Assembly: GCF_964188315.1 (NCBI RefSeq)
Contig: NC_135655.1
Span: 78,058,001 to 78,122,000, forward strand
Source of the DNA: Podarcis muralis
Lineage: Eukaryota
DNA: 64,000 nucleotides
Direction of reading: 5' to 3'
Below, one piece after another: positions 10,301-20,097 of the stretch. Each line of letters opens with the position of its first letter. Positions within the stretch are counted from its first letter, which is position 1. Both the position numbers and the translations under genes were made by a program. Below the pieces are notes generated by a model. That model had not been told where the DNA came from. It worked only from the letters and a program-made list of their open reading frames with translations, and searched no databases.

Positions 10301-12043
10301 CAGTATCCAGGGCTGGTCCTGCATCAGGGCCTTCTGCTGCACCACGGTCGTCTGTACATCCCGCCAGGGCCACTACGGCTGGAGGTTCTCCGGATGGCCC
10401 ATGATGCCCCAGCAGCGGGGCACTTTGGACGGTATCGGACCACCCATCTGGTCAGTCGTGAGTTTTGGTGGCCCCGCCTGAAGGCTGACGTGGCTCGCTA
10501 CGTTGCTGGTTGTGATGTCTGCCGGCGCGCCAAGGGACCTACCGGGCGACCCCCCGGCCTACTTCAGCCATTGCCAGTTCCACCGCGCCCTTGGCACACG
10601 GTTTCGTTGGACTTTGTAGTGGACTTACCCTCGTCTCGTGGCTGTACCTGCCTTCTGGTTTTCTCCGACCATTTCACCAAGATGGTGCACTGCGCTCCCT
10701 GTCCATCTGTACCCACAGCCAAGGAAACTGCTCAGCTGTACCTTCAGCATGTCTTCCGCCTGCATGGCCTACCTGAGCGCGTGGTGTCCGACCGGGGCGT
10801 TCAGTTCACATCCCGGTTCTGGCGAGCATTACACCAGACCCTCGGGACAGAGGTCTGCCTCTCGTCAGCCTACCACCCACAAACCGATGGCCAGACGGAA
10901 CGGGCGAACGCGGTGCTGGAGCAGTACCTCCGGTGTTACTGCAGCTACCAGCAGGATGACTGGGTCGACCACCTGGCATTGGCGGAGTTCGCCTATAACA
11001 ACGCGGTGAATGCGTCCACCCAGCAGACCCCGTTCCAGGCCAGTTATGGTTATCATCCACGGCTGTTTCCAGAGGTGCTGCCGGCATCCGCGGTCCCGGC
11101 GGTGACGGAGTGGCTTCAAGAGCTCCAGTCCCAGCAACAGCTTTTGGTGGAGCAACTGCACCAGGCCAAGGAAGCGTACAAAGCCCAGGCCGACCGCCAC
11201 CGCCAGGTGGGGCCGGAACTTCGCGTCGGTGACCTGGTTTGGCTCTCCACTCGCCACCTCCACCCCTCTCGACCTTCGCGGAAGTTGGACGCCCGCTTCA
11301 CCGGCCCGTTCCCTATCGTAGACCAAGTCTCTCCTGTGGCATTCCGTCTCCGGTTACCCGCAACCCTGAAGGTTCACCCGGTCTTCCACAGGTCCCTTTT
11401 GAGTCCGGTGGCCCCACCTGACGAGTTCCACCCGAACCGTCCCCGACCGCAGCCAGTGTTGGTTCGGGGAGAGCCTGAGTACGAGGTGGAACGCATCCTG
11501 GACTCCCGATACCGCAGGGGAAAGCTGCAGTATCTCATTGACTGGAAGGGGTACGGACCGGAGGACCGTTCCTGGGAACCAGCGGCCAACATCCACGCAC
11601 CTGCCTGCCTCCGAGAGTTCCATGCGACGTACCCCAGCAAGCCGGGTCCGGACCCTCGGTTGAGGGGGGGGCCTGGGAGGGGGGATGGTGTGATGGCCTG
11701 GGATTCCGATTCGGAGGATGAAACAGAGGAATCCCAGCCTGCACAGGAGTCCCCGCCTCCAGGGCCGGCTGAACTGGGGCAAGGCCTAGATGCTGAAGAG
11801 CCTGCACCTGTGGCAGTGCATCAGGAGCTGGCCCCAGGTGAAGCCCTTCTGGCCCCAGAGAGGCTTGACGACTCAGTGGCCACAGGTGAGCCTCCTCCAG
11901 GGCCCAGTAACCCTTCGGCCTCTCCTGATCTGCAGAGGCTTAGAGCAGAGAGGCGAAGGGAACTGGTTGCCCCCAGGAGGAGTGCTCGCCTTAAGGCCAG
12001 AGGAGGCGGGGCTCCTGGGGGCTGGGACCGCCCATGGCCTTAG
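7388..12043 (+). CDS. Single-ORF Gag-Pol polyprotein (1551 aa): PEG10/RTL-like capsid, CCHC knuckle, aspartic protease, RT, RNase H, integrase, chromodomain, U3-encoded tail
   Basis: LPEKFDG capsid motif; CLYCGGSGHFARFC; ALVDSGAT; MPFGLCNAP...YLDD; VVETDAS; HDAPAAGH...CDVC zinc finger; DFVVDLP/SDRG/TERAN core; GPF motif; EYEVERILDSR..YLIDWKGY..SWEP chromodomain; GCCATGG start is the first ATG after the LTR promoter. Confidence 0.97.
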   Translation: MADQAAALVALAQENQALTHTVQQLSDAVVALQQRLEALPAPGADAPAPGKYPVALPEKFDGAPASFPMFLAQAKLYIQGRARNFPDDRTKVHFLISLLKDQAAKWALPLLRQDSPLLADYTGFCNRLEAAFGNPQKGSQANRAIRRLKQGKSTVAAYTTEFRLLAQDLTWNDSALRDQYLEGLSDEVLDQLATMERPTTLDTLIQRSLQIDDRLEDRRQARGRRHFQFTAPAFSSSPTVTTDLTEEPMQLGAVRPRLSPAEKARRREGNLCLYCGGSGHFARFCPEKPPTPVADGPSYRGSQTAQNGPAPMDLQHLMVSVRLYPPGGPWILTHALVDSGATRSYMDAAFAAHHQVPLRNKPVPVQVEAIDGRLLRSGAVTQETQPLVLCLQQHRELRTLDIASMPRFPLVLGMDWLEAHNVQIDWVKRTVHFPDPCSHAQSGTLAAAPSEEAAPTLPAVYQDYQDVFEERGADQLPPHRPFDCGIDLQPGAPLPVSRLYSLTEPEREALQDFLRKNLERGFIRPSTSPTAAPVLFVKKKCGELRPCHDYRALNKITVPDRYPLPLISELLERVQGAQVFTKLDLRGAYNLIRIRAGDEWKTAFGTRYGQFEYLVMPFGLCNAPAVFQRYINHVFQDLLDKYVVVYLDDILIYSRDPARHEGHVRTVLQRLREHRLYAKLSKCEFHQRSVDFLGHRLSPDGVQMDPGKVTAVREWAAPRNRKDLQRFLGFANYYRTFIADYAHRTTPLTRLLRPKTPFSWDKEAEEAFQGLKACFQRAPILQHPDPSRPFVVETDASSTALGAVLSQQIGPEAPLLPCAFYSRQLLPAERNYTVWERELLAIKVAFEVWRHHLEGARHPVEVRTDHRNLEYLQTTRKLNQRQIRWALFFSRFQFRIRYIPSSQNQKADALSRKPEDNADTVQQAEPTTILPPAAFLATQEAQPLQVRVREQQRVDAWAQERLRELAEGSSPQYPGLVLHQGLLLHHGRLYIPPGPLRLEVLRMAHDAPAAGHFGRYRTTHLVSREFWWPRLKADVARYVAGCDVCRRAKGPTGRPPGLLQPLPVPPRPWHTVSLDFVVDLPSSRGCTCLLVFSDHFTKMVHCAPCPSVPTAKETAQLYLQHVFRLHGLPERVVSDRGVQFTSRFWRALHQTLGTEVCLSSAYHPQTDGQTERANAVLEQYLRCYCSYQQDDWVDHLALAEFAYNNAVNASTQQTPFQASYGYHPRLFPEVLPASAVPAVTEWLQELQSQQQLLVEQLHQAKEAYKAQADRHRQVGPELRVGDLVWLSTRHLHPSRPSRKLDARFTGPFPIVDQVSPVAFRLRLPATLKVHPVFHRSLLSPVAPPDEFHPNRPRPQPVLVRGEPEYEVERILDSRYRRGKLQYLIDWKGYGPEDRSWEPAANIHAPACLREFHATYPSKPGPDPRLRGGPGRGDGVMAWDSDSEDETEESQPAQESPPPGPAELGQGLDAEEPAPVAVHQELAPGEALLAPERLDDSVATGEPPPGPSNPSASPDLQRLRAERRRELVAPRRSARLKARGGGAPGGWDRPWP

Positions 12044-12329
12044 AAGAGGATAAAAGCCCAGTCAGCCCGGCCCCAGGTTGCGGGAGCAACGTCGTTGTTG
12101 GCTTCGGACCTTCCTGTGTTCCTGATCCCTGCTCGGTCTCCTGTTCCTGACTATCCGGTACTCCTGTTCCCTGCTCGGCTTCCTGTTCCCGACCATCCGG
12201 TGTTCCTGTTCCCTGCACAGCCTCCTGTTCCAGCGTTCCTGTTCCCCGCCCGGCTCTCTGCCTCGGACCTCACCCCTCTTCGTGTGGACTCTGCTACACC
12301 CAAGGTACCTTACCCCCGGGACCAGCACA
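11689..12329 (+). repeat. 3' LTR (641 bp)
   Basis: Direct repeat of 6684-7324, immediately preceded by the polypurine tract. Confidence 0.97.
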
Positions 12330-12547
12330 GTAAGGATATAAAGACACTTAACTCTTCTCACCCCCCAACACTGTTGATAGAGCAGCAACTGCAAGGTAAG
12401 CATATAAAGGGGGGGGGACACACGATAGGATTCTACTCTGTCATTATTATCTCACTGTACTCTTGAGCCAAACTGAGAAGTGACGTACTACCCATCATTA
12501 ACACTAACCAGAAAAATCTATTCAATGCAAAGAGAGAGTTTACTTAC

Positions 12548-12687
12548 GTTGTATCAAGGGTCTGGTTGATTTTAGCTATTAGTCCCAATGAAGGATCTAT
12601 TTTGGCATACATTGTTGACATAACTCCTACTACTACAATAAGCCAGCTGGATGGACTAGCAGGATAGACTCCTGTGATGATGCCATT
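12548..12687 (-). CDS. CPT1A: CPT1A coding exon 3 (140 bp), includes first transmembrane helix
   Basis: [46 protein letters not shown](T); ttttcAG acceptor, GTaagt donor. Confidence 0.96.
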
Positions 12688-13471
12688 CTGAAAAGGCAAG
12701 AACATAAAAAGAGCCCTACTGAGTCACAAGAATATTATACTTTAATTTTCTGGATTCCGATGCACCCATTTAACACTTCCCAGACATATTTAGTGAACAT
12801 ATCCATGCGAATGCAGACTAACTCACGGCAGACTAACTCAGTGTTCTTTATGGAACACTGTTATATATAATTAGCAAGAATGATGTGTGGATGAACTTCT
12901 TTTTAAAATGTATTGGAGACTGGTAAATATGGCAATAGTGTAAAGATGGCAATATCTGGGAAGCTACAAATCAGCACAGGACCCTCCAAACTGCACCCAC
13001 CAAACCGGGAAGGGGTAGGGCGATACATGCCCACAACTATGATAGGCCCTTATGATGGATGTTTCCCTCATCTGGACTATCTCCTAGCATAGAAAGGCAG
13101 GCCCTAACAAAGGGGAAGAGCTCCTGGATTGCCGGATAACTTTATCTGGCAATCAGATGGCATACAAGAAAGCCCTTTCATTTCCTTCTCTTGCCCATAT
13201 AGCACTAGTGAGAAATACCATATGAGTCAAATGAGGTTTATATCTAAGCAGGGATTTGAACCCAGGTCTGCCTGGTCCAAGATCAACACCCAATACAATG
13301 CATCACTTTCTTAAGGGTCTACTTTTCCATGGCAGTAGGCAGTTCAGATGAAGTGAAAGTAAAGAAAGTGAGGGGAACATTTCATGGGTTTTCACTAAAT
13401 CTATTTCAACATTTCAGAGTAAGATTCACACTATCTGGTTCCACATTTCTGAAACATGTGGTTGCTAGTTA

Positions 13472-13906
<435 letters not shown>

Positions 13907-13972
13907 TTACCTGGCAAACAGAAGAACAAACAAATGTTTATTAGTAGATACTTAATTTGCATGAGAGAATTA

Positions 13973-14076
13973 CGGTATTTTTCGCCCTATAGGACGCACC
14001 GACCCATAGGACGCACACACATTTCCCCTCCATTTTTGGAGGGGGAAAAGTGCGTCTTATAGGGCGAAAAATATGG
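13973..14076. mobile_element. Tc1/mariner-superfamily MITE (CCGTA family), 104 bp
   Basis: TA|CGGTATTTTTCGCCCTATAGGACGCAC...GTGCGTCTTATAGGGCGAAAAATATGG|TA. Confidence 0.85.
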
Positions 14077-15401
14077 TAGAAGCCAAGAATATGATATCTA
14101 CTGCAAATTTGTAAAGGCAAGTAATCATCATCTTTGTTTACTGAAGGTATCAAATACTGCTTGAGTGCTACTCCAGTCCACATCATTAGGCAGCATTCAT
14201 TCATTAAGCCAAACTATGGGTTTGCCTTTTGGTCATGCACACAGCCCAACAAAAATGTTGGCTAGTCTACCATTAACTAAAGTTTCCAGTTTTGTTGGAA
14301 CTGGGAAACTTTGAGTTAACAGATTTGGAGCAGACCAAGATAGTAAGCCATAGTTAATGGTACGTTTTCCACCTTTCACAGCTTGGTTATGTGTGTGGCC
14401 AAAAGGCTGAGTCATATCTTAGCCTAGATATGCCTCATCACACATGAGTGCCCACAATAACTTCAACAAGGCAACTGACAAGAAGTCTGTGCTCTAGAAT
14501 AATCACATTCTCTCATTGAGAAGAAGTGCTATAGTGAAGCCAGACATTGCACCCTATTACTCCAGTGTAACAAATAATTAGAACATCCACTTCCATTAAC
14601 AAGCAGAGTTCTTTTAGAGCAAATTTGGCAATTTGGTTCACTGCCCAAGAACAGCCCAGCTCCTCTCTCCCCATTTCCCAATCCATCCAAACCATAACTA
14701 GATTAAGTTTTGCCACAATAAAAATGAATACTCTTTTTTAAAAAGAGAGATAAATGAACATTTAATTGAATACAATGATTTAAAATATATTTTGTTGAGG
14801 CTGACAGCCCTTTGGGCAGGATTGATGGCTGAATCAGCATTGGAATTGCTATGTACCGGTAAATCTTGCATAGTGGAAAGAAACAGGGTTCCTCACATAG
14901 GAGAATAAAGCATAAACGTTTCGATGATATATTGTAAGCTGCTGAAAAGATAGCTGCTTGTCAAAATCCATAAGCACATTCATGGCTGAGGAGGAGCCAC
15001 CTGATTTATATCTCATTCTCTTCTTTGGTACACTATGACCTAAAGCAGCAGGGGTAAGGAAACCTGTAGGCCTCTAGATGATTTTAGACTTCCAGACCCA
15101 CTCAGTATGGCCGGTGGTGAGGCACGCTGGGAGTTGTAGTCCAACAACATGTGCTAAAGGCTTCCCACAACTGACCTACAGCTTTATGTAAAACAAATTT
15201 GCGTAGATAAAGCTCATATTCATGTAGCAATACAACATTAGCCACAGACAAAGTCACAGGTTGGACTAGTATATAGCCAGGAAAGAGTGACAAAGGATTA
15301 AGGGAAGATTGGCTTTAAAAGGAAGACACAAGAATGAAATGACCATGCAGAGGACAACTTTATCATATTTGCTGTCAGTGTTAACCCTGGAAGCGCATGT
15401 A

Positions 15402-15643
15402 CAGTGGTACCTCGAGTTACATATGCTTCAGGTTACATACGCTTCAGGTTACAGACTCCGTTAACCCAGAAATATTGCTTCAGGTTAAGAACTTTGCTTC
15501 AGGATGAGAACAGAAATCGTGCTCCAGCGGCGCGGTGGCAGCAGGAGGCCCCATTAGCTAAAGTGGTGCTTCAGGTTAAGAAAAGTTTCAGGTTAAGTAT
15601 GGACCTCCGGAACGAATTAAGTACTTAACCCGAGGTACCACTG
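15402..15643 (+). mobile_element. Tigger/pogo-like MITE (CAGTGGTACCTC termini), 242 bp
   Basis: TA|CAGTGGTACCTCG...CGAGGTACCACTG|TA; repeated TTCAGGTTA motifs. Confidence 0.88.
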
Positions 15644-16274
15644 TATATGCCACTGGGCAAATGAAAGAAATGAAAAATAGTTGGGGTCCAAACACCTCCT
15701 CTTATAATGAATACAGGACTTCAACATTCTTTGCAGTAGTCAAGCATGATACAAGTTTAAATGGAAGCTTCCATTTCTACATCAGGCCCTTAACAAGGTC
15801 TGTGACAACATTATTGTTCACTGGCAGAATGAGAGCTGCTTCCTTCCCCGGTGGAGGAGGGCCCAGAGCTTTGTAGCAGAGCTTGTGGCTTTGCATGCAA
15901 AACTAGGATCTCCGGTTAAAATTATCCAGTAGCAGTTGATTGCAAAACGTCTGTCCAAAATCTTCAAGAGCTGCTTCGTGAGTAGGCAAAATTGCTCTAG
16001 ATGGGCAAATATTCTGATCTGCTATGAAGCAGCTTCCTGTGTTCTCAGTGGCTGGTTTGATTCTCATTTCTAACTTCTTAAGCAATGAATTCTAGGCAAG
16101 ATATATGAATAGTTGCATGAAAATTAGAGTTAATTGTATTTCATGTAAAGAGAAAATTGTGTCTCGGACACTGATGTTGAAAACTAGCTTTCTCCCCCCG
16201 CCCCTCTAAATTTTAAAACTGAATGCTTTTTCCTTTCCACCACATGAATTCCCAAAGAAAATGCTCACTCAATA

Positions 16275-16507
16275 CAGTGGTTCCTCGGGTTAAGAACTTA
16301 ATTCATTCCGGAGGTCCGTTCTTAACCTGAAACTGTTCTTAACCTGAAGCACCACTTTAGCTTTTAGCTAACGGGGCCTCCTGCTGCTGCTGCGCCGCCA
16401 CTGCACAATTTCTGTTCTCATCCTGAAGCAAAGTTCTTAACCCGAGGTAATATTTCTGGGTTAGCGGAGTCTGTAGCCTGAAGCGTATGTAACCTGAGGT
16501 ACCACTG
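16275..16507 (-). mobile_element. Tigger/pogo-like MITE, inverted relative to the 15402 copy
   Basis: Same TIRs and TA flanks; interior is the reverse complement of the 15402 copy. Confidence 0.88.
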
Positions 16508-17456
16508 TATTATTTCTCTGAACCAGTTATTATCAACTGGAGGTCCACGGACCCCCAGGGATTCTACGTAACCCACCCAGGGGTTCCACTGCACCATTCA
16601 CATAACAAAAACTACTACAGAGATAGCAAAATTCTCACAAGTAGGGAGTCCATAGCTTGGCTATTGAAAAACAGGGCATCCGCACTCTGCTCTGCACTCA
16701 TGGACAAATATGAGAGGTGAAAATGCTACTCTGATGAAGCCTAAAACACATGAAACTTAAAGGATATGGCAGTGGGCTTATCTACACTGTGCTCTGTAGC
16801 TTTCCTAGAGAAAACCCACTCTTTACTGCTGAATTGGAGCAAATGGCAATCTGTGCAAAACCCAAATTGCTGTTTGTTGTGCTTCAGCTTTAAAGAGTGG
16901 GTTTTTGCAGGGGAAGCTCCAGGGTGGAAAAAAGAACCCGCTCAGACACATAGCTTTAAAACACAGACCTATGACTGGAAAGTACCGTACAGGGCAAAGG
17001 TAAGTATGGATAAGCCTTCAGCCCTAGCAGTGTCACTAACACTTCACTTACATGAGTTTGTAGCAAAATTAGTTTCCCTCCCTTAAATAACAAAATATGA
17101 TTTAGTATTATAAGCAGACAGCTGAGTATTAAAGAAACCCTGAACTATCATTTCTCTTTTAAGATTATTCTCCCGCTTTCTAAATGAGATTTTTAAAATA
17201 GTCTGCTGTACAGCACTTTCCCCCGCCTCCACATTTCTAAAGCAGTCACATGTTTGCTCAGAAAAGTGGGTGAAAGGGCACGGCACTACAGAGCATGTGC
17301 GTTTATGCAGGGGGGGAAATGCAGATCACTACTGCAGGGAAAGCAAAAGCTATACAAAATTACGCAAACGAAAAAATGAGGAAGCTTTTATTTGGGTTGC
17401 CGGCGTGTCATTTGGCAAAGTGCCCTTGGCCAGGCTTTGCTAAAGGAAGAGTAAAG

Positions 17457-17460
<4 letters not shown>

Positions 17461-17499
<39 letters not shown>
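17461..17499. repeat. (AC)n microsatellite
   Basis: About 19 AC units. Confidence 0.95.
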
Positions 17500-17505
<6 letters not shown>

Positions 17506-18123
17506 CTTGAGACAATCTCTCCACTTAGCATAGTTCTCCCAAGTTCTCAATGCCAACAGCATCTGTGCTACATCTGAATGATTTCCTCTGTAGTCATACC
17601 AATATGCTTCAGGCAAAAATAGCACAATGTGTTCTCAGAAGGAATGGATGTAACTATTCCACCGTCTCAACTGATCAAAGGAGCAATTCAATATGTGTTG
17701 CAGTATCAAGTAAAAATGATTTAAAGAGAAGTAGTTACTGCTAATAGCAGTATTAGTTATTTTTTACTAACCTGTAACAAAACACAACATACAAAAAAAA
17801 AAAAGCACACAGTCCGGAATATGAAACAGAACAGATTTCATATCTGTAAGAAGCAAAATGTCCAATCTGTGTTAATATATGTATATTGATTACAATTCTG
17901 CTACCAACAATGATGGCTATCTTTTAACCCAACATGCCCCTGATCCACACTGAACATCTAGCCCTTCTGAAGACTTTAGTACATGAGACATTAGAAAGCT
18001 ATGTATTTTATAGCAGCTTCATTAACTTATAACCCCAGAATTTTGGTTTCCCTCCAAACTGATGCCAAAGTTTTGTGCTTAATGAAGCTTTTATATAGCG
18101 TCAGAGCTAGAAAGCTAGAACTA

Positions 18124-18358
18124 CAGTCATACCTCATGTTACGTCCGCTTCATGTTACGTTCTTTCAGGTTACTTCCCACGGCGACCCGGAAGTAGCAGA
18201 AAGGGTTACTTCCGGGTTTCACCGCTCGCGCATGCGTGCAAAATGACGTCATGCGCAGAAGCGGCGAATTGCAACCCGCGCGTGCACAGACACGCCGCTG
18301 CAGGTTGCGCTCTTTTCATGTTGCGAACAGATCCCGTTCGCAAACAGAGGTACCACTG
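18124..18358. mobile_element. Tigger/pogo-like MITE, different subfamily (CpG-rich, CCGGAAGT motifs)
   Basis: TA|CAGTCATACCTC...GAGGTACCACTG|TA. Confidence 0.8.
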
Positions 18359-18632
18359 TATTCCATTAGACAACAGGGTGAAGTCCATTACTGTGCCATT
18401 TCACTCCACTGTCAAGGAACTGCTTTCTCCCTGTGGATTTAGGTATCCAGTCACTGAACTTGGGCTAGGAAAATCAGAAGATTCCCTGCAGTTTTGGATC
18501 CGTTATTACATTCTGCTGATCTAAGTGCCTGCAGTGTTTGCAAAATTCAGGGCAACAAGGACTCATACAATAGGAAAAGACCAATAATGCATTCAAATAA
18601 TGCAGAAGTGGAGAGCCACATTTCCTCAAGGA

Positions 18633-18768
18633 CAGGCTTCCTCAAACTCGGCCCTCCAGCTGTTTTGAGACTACAATTCCCATCATCCCTGACCACTGGT
18701 CCTGCTAGCTAGGGATCATGGGAGTTGTAGGCCAAAAACATCTGGAGGGCAGAGTTTGAGGAAGCCTG
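18633..18768. mobile_element. hAT-type MITE, 136 bp
   Basis: TIR CAGGCTTCCTCAAACTC / GAGTTTGAGGAAGCCTG; 8-bp TSD CTCAAGGA/CTCAAGGG. Confidence 0.85.
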
Positions 18769-19959
18769 CTCAAGGGCAACTTTCAAGAGGTTGCACACCT
18801 GTGGTGGGTGCGGTCAGAGCAACAGCTGAATCATACGAAAGTTGGGTGTTTCTGCACAAATACACTGCCTCTCATCAGCAAAACAAAAAAGAGGCATTGT
18901 CACAGTTTAAAGACACAATCAAACCAGGCAAAAACACTTGAGGAGGTTGCTGAGCAGGGCAAGTGAGGAGTATGGTCTAGGGAGATTGCCAAGAGATGCA
19001 CAGAGAGGTCTGGAGGGCTGCATTTAGCCCCCAGGCCTGACACTCAGTACCCCTAAAATAATACAAGCACCATTTAGAAAAAAGCAGAGTAGATGGTAGA
19101 AAATGTTTTAGTATTTTCATGGGGAAATAGCATGTTTCGTTTAGTGGCAATGCAATGGCTATGTTTATATTGGTTTTGTATATTTTGACACTGTTTTAAA
19201 ACAATGTTAAATAACTGCCAGTCTAGAAATAGTTTAAACGTATAAGTTGAACATAGTATCAAAATCCTAATATCCTAGGGTGGGAAGTTCTGGTTAATTT
19301 TGCCAGAAGTTTTCCCACCTTCATGTCACTTGTTAAGGCTGTGGTCCTCAACCAAGTGTGGCATAAAGTGAGCGAGCTAAAAAAATAAAAATAATTGGAT
19401 AAGATCAAAGATGGATGTAGCCTGATCACAAGTATGAAGAAGGTGATCACATTTATTAAGGCACATTCTAAGAACTAGAAGCCTTCAACTAGAAAGAAAT
19501 AAAATGGGAAAAGGAGCAATGTGGTTGGCATCCACCTGTCTCGAGAGACAACGGAGTGCGCCTCTGAGAATGAAGTCAAACCACTGTGCTAGCAGCACCC
19601 AAGTGACCTCTCTGGGGCACAAGCCTGGCCAGTGTGTATGGAGGTTCTCAGCTGCCCAGACGACAAGACCCCTGCCCTCAGCCTCATTGATGTGGTCCAA
19701 AGAGCAACACATTTGGCACCAGCCTGGCTGCAGGATTTTCCAGAAGGTGTACACAGTACCATCCAACTGTCTTAGGGACTCCACTCTGAATTAGTGTTTT
19801 CTTCTCCAAATGGGCTATCTTCCCAGGTGGACAAGCCCCATCTGCCCCTCACTTTCCTCTACAGAATGTGAAGACCACCTTCTTCCACTGGCCCCACTAT
19901 TGGTCTCATCTGCTCAATCCACTGGAGCCTGTCTTCAAATGCAAGGGAAGTCTCTAACT

Positions 19960-20097
19960 CAGCCTTTCTCAACCTGTTGATCCCCAGATGTTGTTGAACT
20001 ACAACTCCCATCACCCCTAGCTAGCAAGGCCAGAGCTCAGGGATGATGGGAGTTGTAGTCCAACAACATCTGGGGACCCACAGGTTGAGAACCTCTG
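19960..20097. mobile_element. hAT-type MITE, 138 bp
   Basis: TIR CAGCCTTTCTCAACCTG / CAGGTTGAGAACCTCTG, perfect 8-bp TSD CTCTAACT; degraded relatives near 700, 15060, 27400, 28550, 44600, 44800, 60760 and 63550. Confidence 0.85.

Larger units (their letters stand above)
6684..12329 (+). mobile_element. Full-length Ty3/Gypsy LTR retrotransposon (chromovirus, Sushi/Tf1 group) in CPT1A intron 3, antisense to the gene
   Basis: Two 641-bp TG...CA LTRs 5005 bp apart, intact gag-pol ORF, PPT GGGAGGGGGGATGG (11675-11688), flanks ATAAG/GTAAG. Confidence 0.98.

Noticed and set aside
7464-11807. Many alternate-frame and antisense ORFs (60-153 aa) within gag-pol
   Set aside because: Expected shadows of a GC-rich coding sequence; no motifs, and most lack an ATG.
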